From assembly GCA_021775475.1 (NCBI GenBank), contig JAJFHS010000053.1, positions 44,271-108,270 of the forward strand: DNA of 64,000 bases, in the 5' to 3' direction. This document shows positions 51,241-59,715 of the stretch, one piece after another. Each line of letters starts with the position of its first letter. Within the stretch, counting starts at the first letter, position 1. Below the pieces are notes generated by a model that saw only the letters and a list, made by a program, of their open reading frames with translations, searched no databases and had not been told where the DNA came from. Position numbers and translations under genes: made by a program. The DNA is from Hyphomicrobiales bacterium (GTDB lineage: Bacteria; Pseudomonadota; Alphaproteobacteria; Rhizobiales; JAJFHR01).

Positions 51241-51289
51241 TGCTGAAGGCGCAGCAAAGGGATGGCTTTGCCAAAATGAGTGATTACCA

Positions 51290-51913
51290 ATGACTGAACT
51301 ACGCGTTTACCTGCCCATAGAGGACCTGCAACCGCAGTTTGCAGCTTACATGGCCACGCCAACGCGCGCGCGTGGCTATCCGCCATTTGTCGGTGACCAC
51401 AGTCTCATTATTGAAGTGGCACCCGCACTGGCCATCCATCGCGTCACCGACCTGGCCTTAAAGGCTGCACCCGATCTTGAACCGGGAATATTGTTCACAG
51501 AGCGTCATTTTGGCCTGCTTGAATTGCACTCGAGCAAACGTGAAACGGTTATGGCAGCCGGGCAGGCAATTCTCAAAGGCATCAATTGCAAAGCCGAAGA
51601 CCAGCTCAAGCCGCAAATCCTGTTCACCGATATCATCGAAAACCTCTCCGACCAGCATGCAGTCATCTACAATCGCATGCGTGAAGCCTCAATGATCCTG
51701 CCCGGTCAATCCTTGTTGCTCTATGAAATGGCCCCGGCCCTGTTCGCCGCCATGGCCGCAAATGAGGCCGAAAAATCCGCCCCCGACATAACGCTGGTGG
51801 ATGTCCAGATGATGGGGGCATCCGGCCGTATTTCCATGGCGGGAAAAACCGCCGACCTGCAAGTGGCGCAAAAATGCATTAGCCAGGTTCTTGGCGCTGT
51901 TGCCGGCAGGTAG
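51290..51913 (+). CDS. BMC-T shell protein (tandem BMC domains), paralog of 49605-50225
   Basis: 207 aa. LRVYLPIEDLQPQFAAYMA is parallel to LRSFIFIDQLQPQTMSYMA, and AMAANEAEKSA is parallel to ILATNEAEKAA. Confidence 0.8.
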   Translation: MTELRVYLPIEDLQPQFAAYMATPTRARGYPPFVGDHSLIIEVAPALAIHRVTDLALKAAPDLEPGILFTERHFGLLELHSSKRETVMAAGQAILKGINCKAEDQLKPQILFTDIIENLSDQHAVIYNRMREASMILPGQSLLLYEMAPALFAAMAANEAEKSAPDITLVDVQMMGASGRISMAGKTADLQVAQKCISQVLGAVAGR

Positions 51914-52355
51914 CGGCAACAGCTGCATTTTTCAGACCGCCGACGCTATTTCGAGCCACTATATTGAATTAGGCTGACATCTATTTTCACGGCATGTCTT
52001 GCTTAAACCAAACCCCTCCGCCATCAAAGCGCAGCACAACCTGTTGTTACAGGTTGATTTTCCGGGATTCACGATGGATTCACGCAATCTGAAAGATTGT
52101 GTTCAATGAGCACAAGGCAGTTGCCCTGCCCCGGAGGAAAATGCAACACCTTATAGACTGCCGGATTAATTGAACCTGCCAGGCGTTCGTCTGCAAGTTT
52201 CCGCATCGATTGTTAAACAACTCATGATCCTAATCAAAACCACCCTCCCTAGGCACTGGTTCTCCCGCCAGATGATGAATGGTCATGGGGTCCCGTTTTC
52301 AGAATTTTCAGAAAGTTTTCGATTATGCCGTTAACGTGTGATGAAATAAAAACTA

Positions 52356-53738
52356 TTGAAGGGCTGGGGATTACAGGAATTGTCTGAAGTACACCAAACA
52401 GAGCACATGCATCCGCCATCGAATTTTTTTCTAAACTGCGAGAAGCATTTGGCAGAAACTTCGCAGATGCGGTTTCAGGATCAGCAGGTTACCAATTTTT
52501 TGAGTACACTCGATTATTTGTCCGACAAAAAGCAATCCGCTGCTTCATTCCAAAATCGCAGCGCTTTGCTGAGCCTCGCTTCGCAGCTCAAGGATATATT
52601 TCTCCTGCCAAGCCGGCACCCCTCAAAAGCCAGCTTTTTTGGCGCGATATTAGAGCCTGAAACTTTTGGTTTTTCTGGCATTAATGACACGCCGGTCAGC
52701 GTTAGTGGGCGTGGGCACACTATTCAACAGGCGTTTGAGAGCTGTATTGGCGAAGCTGCCGAATATCTGTCGTTTTTGAAAAGAGCAAATGATCCCCTTA
52801 TCACTCTGAAAAACAGCGATGATGGCTTGCAGCCAGACGAACGCGTTTGGGTACAGGCTGCATTGGGGCTTGGCAGGCATGATGATTTTGGGGCAAGCGA
52901 CCGGATACAGGCCGGTTCACTGATTGATGAGCGTACCGTCTGGTTTCCCAGTGAATTGGTTCTAATGCAACCTGACAAAGGTCGCTGGACACCGCGGCCT
53001 GCTGAAAGCAATGGTGTGGGCGCTGGCCGGGATTACAATCACGCCGTTTATTCCGGCATGACAGAAGTGATAGAGCGTGATGCCTTTGCCTTGTGGTGGT
53101 TTGGTGAAAAACCTGCATATTCCTTAAACCCGGAAGTTGAAAACAATAGCAAATTCAAAGAATTTATTCGCGATTGCCGCAGCACCAGCGATCGCCAGAT
53201 ATGGTTTCTGGATATTTCCAGCGAAATTTCCGTACCGGTAGTTGCAGCTTTTTCTTCCCGACCCGATGGCAGCGTTGTCGTCGCTGGCTTTGCAGCCGAC
53301 CCCGATCCAATGATCGCTGCACAAAAGGCGTTCCTTGAAATGTGCCAGATGGAAATTGCCCAGGAAATTTCGATAGCCAAGCTCGAGTACTATGGTGAAA
53401 AGCACTTGAGTGCACAAGATCGCACCTGGCTAAATCGCCATAAAAACCTCTCCGTCAAGAAGTACCCCTTGCTGATCGAAAGAAAATCAGCCATTCGCCC
53501 CCTTTTGGCACCATCGGCTGATCCTCATAACAGGGTCATTGAGATGCTGGATCAATCCGGTTTCACCCCCTTCGTCGTCGACCTCAGCCGAGCAGACCTA
53601 AACATACCCGTCGTTCGCGTTCTCGTGCCTGGATTACAATCGGCAAAAGCCGACTGGATAACTCCCAGGCTCAAAAAAATTGCGCGCAAGACCGGTGCGG
53701 ATTATTGCGGTTTTGAAAACAAACTCTCCCCCATTTGA
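52356..53738 (+). CDS. YcaO-domain protein (ATP-dependent amide-backbone activating enzyme family); start uncertain
   Basis: YcaO signatures GRGHTIQQAFESCIGEAAEYLS and ESNGVGAGRDYNHAVYSGMTEVIERDAFALWW. Candidate starts are TTG 52356, ATG 52407 and ATG 52467, and none has a clear SD. Confidence 0.75.
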   Translation: MKGWGLQELSEVHQTEHMHPPSNFFLNCEKHLAETSQMRFQDQQVTNFLSTLDYLSDKKQSAASFQNRSALLSLASQLKDIFLLPSRHPSKASFFGAILEPETFGFSGINDTPVSVSGRGHTIQQAFESCIGEAAEYLSFLKRANDPLITLKNSDDGLQPDERVWVQAALGLGRHDDFGASDRIQAGSLIDERTVWFPSELVLMQPDKGRWTPRPAESNGVGAGRDYNHAVYSGMTEVIERDAFALWWFGEKPAYSLNPEVENNSKFKEFIRDCRSTSDRQIWFLDISSEISVPVVAAFSSRPDGSVVVAGFAADPDPMIAAQKAFLEMCQMEIAQEISIAKLEYYGEKHLSAQDRTWLNRHKNLSVKKYPLLIERKSAIRPLLAPSADPHNRVIEMLDQSGFTPFVVDLSRADLNIPVVRVLVPGLQSAKADWITPRLKKIARKTGADYCGFENKLSPI

Positions 53739-53807
53739 TTACTTTGGTAAATTGTGGAACAATTGATTTTTGTTCAGTTTAGTTGAATTAATTTATTCGG
53801 GGGGTGG

Positions 53808-55844
53808 ATGGGTACGCTGGCATCTATCCAGAAAATTGCTGATGGTGAGCGATGGACAGTCCGATTAATTGATGGTTTCGCACTGCAAGGCGCAAACGGG
53901 GAACAAATATCAATCAAAAACCGCAAGGCACGCGGCATCTTTGCTTATCTGGTCCTCGGTCAAAATCAAATCGAAAGCCGCGAACGCATCGCTGGTTTAT
54001 TGTGGGGTGAGCGAGAGGAAGACCGTGCGCGCGCATCACTTAGACAATGCCTCAAACAACTTCGTGATCAATGTGACAGGGCGGGCTTTGATGGATTGCA
54101 GATCGAGCGACAGGAAGTTCTCCTCAACAGAAATTCCTTTCACCTCGACCTCAACTCTATTGCCAATGATCTCAAACAAGGCCGCGTCAGCGACATACTG
54201 ACAAATGGACCGTCAATCCCCGAACGTATTCTTTATGGATACGAGGCACTGGACGAATCTTTTGGCGCCTGGATCCATGTGGTTCGGCAGCATTGGCATG
54301 ACCGGTTGAATAGTGGCTTGCAAACCATCATGAAAAACCAGGATTTTAGCGCATCTCAAACTGCCCAGGCAGCTGAGGCGCTGGTTAGAATTGACCCAAC
54401 CCATGAAGAAGCCTATCGCCATTTAATTCGTTACTACGCTAACATGGGAAATGTACAGGCTGCTTTGAAGCAATATAAAACTCTCTGGGACCATCTCGAC
54501 ATTGAATACGATATGGAACCGGACAGCGAAACCATCGATCTCATCGGAGAAGTCAAGAGCGGGACTTATGTAATATCAAACCACATTGTGGCAACAGCAA
54601 CTCCGTCGGGTAAATCTTTGGGTACGCCGAAAGAAAGGTTGCCGGTCATTGGCATTCGAAATTTTGTTGCCGCTGGCCCGTGGCGGCGCGATAAGTTTCT
54701 GATCGATGGTTTCAGGCGCGAAATGGTAGCGGCACTCATTCGATTTAGAGAATGGTCGATAGTTGAGCAGGGCCAGTCATTAAATGATTTTGATCCGAGC
54801 GCTGATGATATCGCTTCACAGATTGCAACCGACTATTCACTGGAAGGCTCCTACCTCGAAGATGGTGACAGTGTTCATATGGTTATAACCCTCAAAGATA
54901 CCGGGCACTCCCGGTATGTGTGGAGTGAACGCCTCGACCTGACGCAAGAAAGCTGGTTCAAAGCCCAACGGCTCATTGTTCGCCGTGTGGCAATATCTCT
55001 CAATGTTTACCTGTCGGTTGACAGGATGCAGCGGACAACCGGGCAGTTTGCAGTCTCGTCCGATATTTACGGCCGCTGGCTCCTGGGCCAGGAATTGAGT
55101 TATCGCTGGCGGCTTGAAGATGAAGAAAAGGCCGAAGATATTTTCCGCTCTATCATCGATGACAGCCCTCAATATGCGACCGCCTACAGCAGCCTGGCAC
55201 AGATCATGAATTCCCGTCATCACATCCATCCAGGCACTTTTCGCTCCGATGAACAACACATCGAAGCTTTGGAGCTGGCGAAAAAAGCCGTCAGAAATGA
55301 CCCGCTTGATTCGCGAACACAGCTTTCACTGGCCTGGTCCTATGCCATGAATGCCAGTTACGACAAAGCTATCCTCAATTATCGGCTCGCCGGCCAGTTA
55401 AATGAAAATGATCCGTGGACACTTGTTTCCAGTGCGCTTGGTCTGGCTTATTGTGGCCAACCGGACGAGGCCGCCAGCTTAAACGCACAAGCTCTATCCG
55501 TTGGCCTTAGCTCCTCTCCGCTGCATCTGGCCTATCGCGCCGGTATCCATTTTATATGTGGGGATTATACGGCCTGCATTGAAGCCGCCAGCCAATCGAA
55601 AGATACAATTGGCTATGTATCCGCCTGGAAATCAGCGGCGCTGTCCCACTTGAAACGCCGCAACCAAGCCCGCGCTGAAGCGCAAAAATTCTTGGCAGTT
55701 ACGCGAGGAAACTGGCGGGGCAGTTCAAATCCGAGCGACGCGGAAATAGCCAAATGGCTGTTACACTGCTTTCCGATCCGTGATCAAAAGGTTTGGAAAC
55801 GCCTGCGTGATGGTTTGGCACTCGCAGGCGTTCCGGTCGAATAA
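53808..55844 (+). CDS. SARP/BTAD-type winged-helix transcriptional activator with a C-terminal TPR region
   Basis: N-terminal wHTH (RKARGIFAYLVLGQNQIESRERIAGLLWGE), a BTAD-like helical region (HEEAYRHLIRYYANMGNVQAALKQYKTL), then TPR-like repeats. 678 aa. Confidence 0.7.
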   Translation: MGTLASIQKIADGERWTVRLIDGFALQGANGEQISIKNRKARGIFAYLVLGQNQIESRERIAGLLWGEREEDRARASLRQCLKQLRDQCDRAGFDGLQIERQEVLLNRNSFHLDLNSIANDLKQGRVSDILTNGPSIPERILYGYEALDESFGAWIHVVRQHWHDRLNSGLQTIMKNQDFSASQTAQAAEALVRIDPTHEEAYRHLIRYYANMGNVQAALKQYKTLWDHLDIEYDMEPDSETIDLIGEVKSGTYVISNHIVATATPSGKSLGTPKERLPVIGIRNFVAAGPWRRDKFLIDGFRREMVAALIRFREWSIVEQGQSLNDFDPSADDIASQIATDYSLEGSYLEDGDSVHMVITLKDTGHSRYVWSERLDLTQESWFKAQRLIVRRVAISLNVYLSVDRMQRTTGQFAVSSDIYGRWLLGQELSYRWRLEDEEKAEDIFRSIIDDSPQYATAYSSLAQIMNSRHHIHPGTFRSDEQHIEALELAKKAVRNDPLDSRTQLSLAWSYAMNASYDKAILNYRLAGQLNENDPWTLVSSALGLAYCGQPDEAASLNAQALSVGLSSSPLHLAYRAGIHFICGDYTACIEAASQSKDTIGYVSAWKSAALSHLKRRNQARAEAQKFLAVTRGNWRGSSNPSDAEIAKWLLHCFPIRDQKVWKRLRDGLALAGVPVE

Positions 55845-56030
55845 AACACCGTGAACGTGGCTCTTGGGTGATTGTTATTTAACGCCACAAAATGTCTCGA
55901 TGCTGCGACGGAATCACGTTGCGTTCACGGCACATGCTCAATGATCGGCTCAGGTATCACGGTTGGGAACTGGGTTGAAAATTTCTACCCGGTAGCCGCT
56001 GCAATAATCTTCTCAATACGGGACTAAGGC

Positions 56031-56285
56031 ATGTCTATAGAAGAATGGCTTTTTGAGTATCTTGAGATACCACAGGAATTTCAGGATTCAAACTTGATCC
56101 CAGCCAACAAGAAAACCCGGCAGCAATGGCAGCAAGCTGTTGAACAACTGGTATTGTACTTGCGCAGCCGGTTTGATCAGTTGACGTTCGGATTGTCTGA
56201 TGCAGAAATTTCCGTTCACTACCACTTGCCTGTTCACCGATTTGTAAAACTGGTGGAACAAAATCTAGGATTTCCTGATGAATAG
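56031..56285 (+). CDS. Small hypothetical protein (84 aa)
   Basis: ORF only, with no recognisable motif. Coding status is uncertain. Confidence 0.35.
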   Translation: MSIEEWLFEYLEIPQEFQDSNLIPANKKTRQQWQQAVEQLVLYLRSRFDQLTFGLSDAEISVHYHLPVHRFVKLVEQNLGFPDE

Positions 56286-56468
56286 TGACAATCCAAAGTA
56301 TCGATTAAACTGGTTGAAGCCAAAGGTGGCGGTATTGTTGCAGCCACAGGCATTGACAGAATTCCTCCAAACTGGTGAAGTTAACATAGCAAGATCGGCC
56401 CGTTTTTCACGATGATCAGCGGAGCAAGCCGACATTTGATATGATCCAGGAAAGATACCCGGTTCGCC

Positions 56469-58274
56469 ATGCCCAAAACGTCAAAAAACGCCGCTCAAGG
56501 CTCTGATGCCGGTGCTCTCCTGTTTACTTTTGCAATCATTACCGACACCCATATCCGCCCGCCGGAAGGTGATCTGTCCTCGCCTTTTGCAGTCAATAAA
56601 CTGGCTAACGCGCGCGCGCGTTATGCCGTTGCCGCCATCGCTGCGCATCAACCAGATTTCACCATTCACCTCGGCGATATGGTACACCCACTTCCGGCAC
56701 TGCCAAGTTACGGACCGGCGGCCGAAGAAGCCTTGTCGATCCTGGAACCGATTTCAAATGGCCTGCGTTTCGTGCCCGGCAACCATGATGTCGGTGACAA
56801 ACCGATGCCCGCCACCCCGGCAGGACCGGTGGAGGATAGCAGCGTCAGGCTTTACGAAAAATATTTCGGCCCCAGCTATTACAGCTTCGATCATCAAGGC
56901 GTACACTTCGTCACCGTCAATGCTTCTTTGTTCAATTCAGGAAGCGTTCTTGAGCAGGAACAACGCCAGTGGCTTGAAAACGATCTGGCCAAAAACACCG
57001 TCCAGCGGACAGTTCTGTTTTCCCACTACCCACCATTCATCGACCACAAATCCGAACCCTCTCATTACGACAATTACGGTGAACCCGGCCGCTCGTGGCT
57101 GCTCGGCTTGGTTGAACGTTATAATGTGGAGGCAGTTTTTTCCGGTCATGTGCACCAGTTTTTCTATAACCGGATTGCCGACATGAAGCTTTATTGCCTG
57201 CCACCGACGAGCTTTACCCGGCAGGACTACAGCGAGCTTTATGGCATCGGTCCCGCCGATCAGTATGGCCGCAATGATGAGGGCAAGTTCAGCTATGCGC
57301 TGATTGATATCTTCGAACACGGTCACCGGCTCAAGGTCTATCCAACCCAAGGACACTGTCTCGAAAAGGGGGCAGAAATTACGTTAGACACGCCGCCCGG
57401 CAGGGGCACGCCAAACCCGGTTACTGTGCATCTGCGCCATGGCTGGGCGCGGTCGATGGACATGCCTTATAATGGCCCAATGGAGGAGTTTTCGCGCAAA
57501 CGCGCGCGCAACGACTATTCCTTGTTACGCCTGTGGCAGATGGGTATCAGCCGCATAAGAACACCATTGAGCGATCTGCTTGATGAAGAATACGGCCCGC
57601 GCGTTCAGGATTTTCATGCAGCGGGATGCAGCTTCACATTTTTTTGTGCCGGCGTGCCATCGAACGATACGTGGCAGCAATGCTGCGACAATGCCCATCT
57701 GATTGATGCGGTGGAACTGGTGTCCTGTGTTGCTGACCTGTCAGACATAGGCGATGCAATCAAGGCCTTTGATCCGGCAACCGGGCCTGAGATACATCTG
57801 GGAAAATTCCATTCCTCTGCTGACGAGCCCAAACACGATACAACCTTCGCCCATTCGGTGAGCTTCGGCTTTAAATGGGATGACCGCGATGCTCTGCTAC
57901 CGGCGTTAAAACAGTTTGATCCCAGCGGCAGAATCAAGGCAATCGTTTTTCAGATAAATCTTGACGATGATCTTGCCACGCGCCTCGATGACATGGATAG
58001 CCTGGCACAAAGCGCGGGCCTGAAGGTCATCGCCAATATCCGCTTCGCCAATGTTAATCCAGCAATTACCAGTTTTGACGACGATATTATCGCCGCCCGC
58101 GTATCTCAGGCCATCGAGCTTGAACCAACTCTTGCACACACAGGCCTGCAATTTGATACGTTCGCCGACATCGATCGCGGCTATCATCCACGCCATGGAC
58201 TGATTGACGGGCGCTATAATTTCCGCGCCGCTGGCCGCATATTAATGGAAAGGTTCAATCGAACTCAGGACTGA
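56469..58274 (+). CDS. Calcineurin-like metallophosphoesterase fused to a ~300-aa C-terminal domain of unknown function
   Basis: The N-terminal half carries motifs DTH (ITDTHI), GDMVH, GNHD and GHVH. The C-terminal half is unrecognised. Confidence 0.7.
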   Translation: MPKTSKNAAQGSDAGALLFTFAIITDTHIRPPEGDLSSPFAVNKLANARARYAVAAIAAHQPDFTIHLGDMVHPLPALPSYGPAAEEALSILEPISNGLRFVPGNHDVGDKPMPATPAGPVEDSSVRLYEKYFGPSYYSFDHQGVHFVTVNASLFNSGSVLEQEQRQWLENDLAKNTVQRTVLFSHYPPFIDHKSEPSHYDNYGEPGRSWLLGLVERYNVEAVFSGHVHQFFYNRIADMKLYCLPPTSFTRQDYSELYGIGPADQYGRNDEGKFSYALIDIFEHGHRLKVYPTQGHCLEKGAEITLDTPPGRGTPNPVTVHLRHGWARSMDMPYNGPMEEFSRKRARNDYSLLRLWQMGISRIRTPLSDLLDEEYGPRVQDFHAAGCSFTFFCAGVPSNDTWQQCCDNAHLIDAVELVSCVADLSDIGDAIKAFDPATGPEIHLGKFHSSADEPKHDTTFAHSVSFGFKWDDRDALLPALKQFDPSGRIKAIVFQINLDDDLATRLDDMDSLAQSAGLKVIANIRFANVNPAITSFDDDIIAARVSQAIELEPTLAHTGLQFDTFADIDRGYHPRHGLIDGRYNFRAAGRILMERFNRTQD

Positions 58275-59715
58275 CACCGGGCGGCATGGAAAAACCCAGG
58301 TCACCGCGTTCAATTACCGCAGCGCGCCCGCCTTTTTCCCGCAACAATTTTTCCTGCGTTTGTTTGGCCTCAGCGTCAACCGCATGCGGGTCACAAATCC
58401 TGAACAGCTCGGCTGTCAACTCGTCGACCACCGGTTTCGCATTGGCATCTTCTGCCAGATCATTGAGTTCTTCAGGATCGCTTTCAAGGTCGAAAAGCTG
58501 TGGTGGATAATGGGCGTAATAAATCAGTTTATAGGGCCCTTTACGGATCATGTAGGCCGCCGTCTTCGAGCCCATGGCGTGATATTCCGAAAACACCGCG
58601 CGGGTTTTGCCTTCACCATTGATCAACCGCATGACATCAATACCGGGATGGTCATCGCTGAGGGTCTCGGGCGATGTCTCACCGGCGCATTCCATAAAGA
58701 AGGGATAAAGATCGAGCAGATTGGCCGGTGTATCAACCACTGTGCCAGCTGGAATATCGGGACCGCTCATGATCAGCGGCACGCCGACGGATTCCTCCAG
58801 CATGGTCGATTTTCCCCACAGCCCGCGCGCACCCAGATTGTCACCATGATCGGACGTATAGACAACGCGGGTATCGCCCTTCAGTCCCGAGGCATCCAGC
58901 GCTTGCAACACGTTGCCGATATTATGATCGAGAAAACTGCACAATCCGAGGTAGCCCGCCTGGGCGCGCTTAACCATATCGGCATCTTCAAAAAAATCGT
59001 CATAAGCAAATGAAGCACGGTAATCCTCAAGAAAAGGATGCAGCGGCTGATCGCGCAGGTGGTAGAGTTTAGGTTCCGGTAAATCCTGATCATAATAGGG
59101 ATAAAAAAATTCCGGCGGTGCGGTCAGCGGAAAATGAGGACAGACGAAGGACACAAACAATACCCAGGGCTTATCGCTGTATTTACCGGCTTCCTCGCGC
59201 AGCCACACCTGCGCCCGCGCCGCGATTTCGCGATCATAGGTGGTGTAAACAGACTCGCCCGGTCCCGCCATACACGCCATCTTGTAGGCACCGCCGCGCT
59301 TTGGCATGTCTTCATCGCGCACCAGACCGAGCAGATCGCCCTCGCCATCAATGACGTGCATGCCGATCTGTTCGTCGGAAAACCCGTTATCATCATCGCT
59401 GGAATGGAAATGCAGCTTGCCGATTGAAACCACCTGATGGCCGCGGTCGCGTAACAAAGCATGCCAGTTGGGCTGGGAGCCATCAAACGGCATGGCATTA
59501 TCCCACAGACCGATCTGATGGACATATTTGCCGGTTGCAAAAGCTGCCCGCGCTGGCACACAGACCGGGCACGGCGTATAGGCGGCGTCAAACCGCGTGC
59601 CGGTTTGCGCCATGCGGTCAAGGTTCGGCGTCTTGACAATATCATGACCATAACACCCGGCCAGCTTTCGATTGTGCTGGTCCGACATGATGATGATAAG
59701 ATTGCTCGGTTTCAT
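58255..59715 (-). CDS. Sulfatase (formylglycine-dependent, Cys-type)
   Basis: IIIMSDQHN N-terminus and a C-x-P-x-R site (PVCVPARAAFATG). The 3' end overlaps the convergent 56469 gene by 20 nt. Confidence 0.85.
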   Translation of the reverse strand: MKPSNLIIIMSDQHNRKLAGCYGHDIVKTPNLDRMAQTGTRFDAAYTPCPVCVPARAAFATGKYVHQIGLWDNAMPFDGSQPNWHALLRDRGHQVVSIGKLHFHSSDDDNGFSDEQIGMHVIDGEGDLLGLVRDEDMPKRGGAYKMACMAGPGESVYTTYDREIAARAQVWLREEAGKYSDKPWVLFVSFVCPHFPLTAPPEFFYPYYDQDLPEPKLYHLRDQPLHPFLEDYRASFAYDDFFEDADMVKRAQAGYLGLCSFLDHNIGNVLQALDASGLKGDTRVVYTSDHGDNLGARGLWGKSTMLEESVGVPLIMSGPDIPAGTVVDTPANLLDLYPFFMECAGETSPETLSDDHPGIDVMRLINGEGKTRAVFSEYHAMGSKTAAYMIRKGPYKLIYYAHYPPQLFDLESDPEELNDLAEDANAKPVVDELTAELFRICDPHAVDAEAKQTQEKLLREKGGRAAVIERGDLGFSMPPGVSPEFD

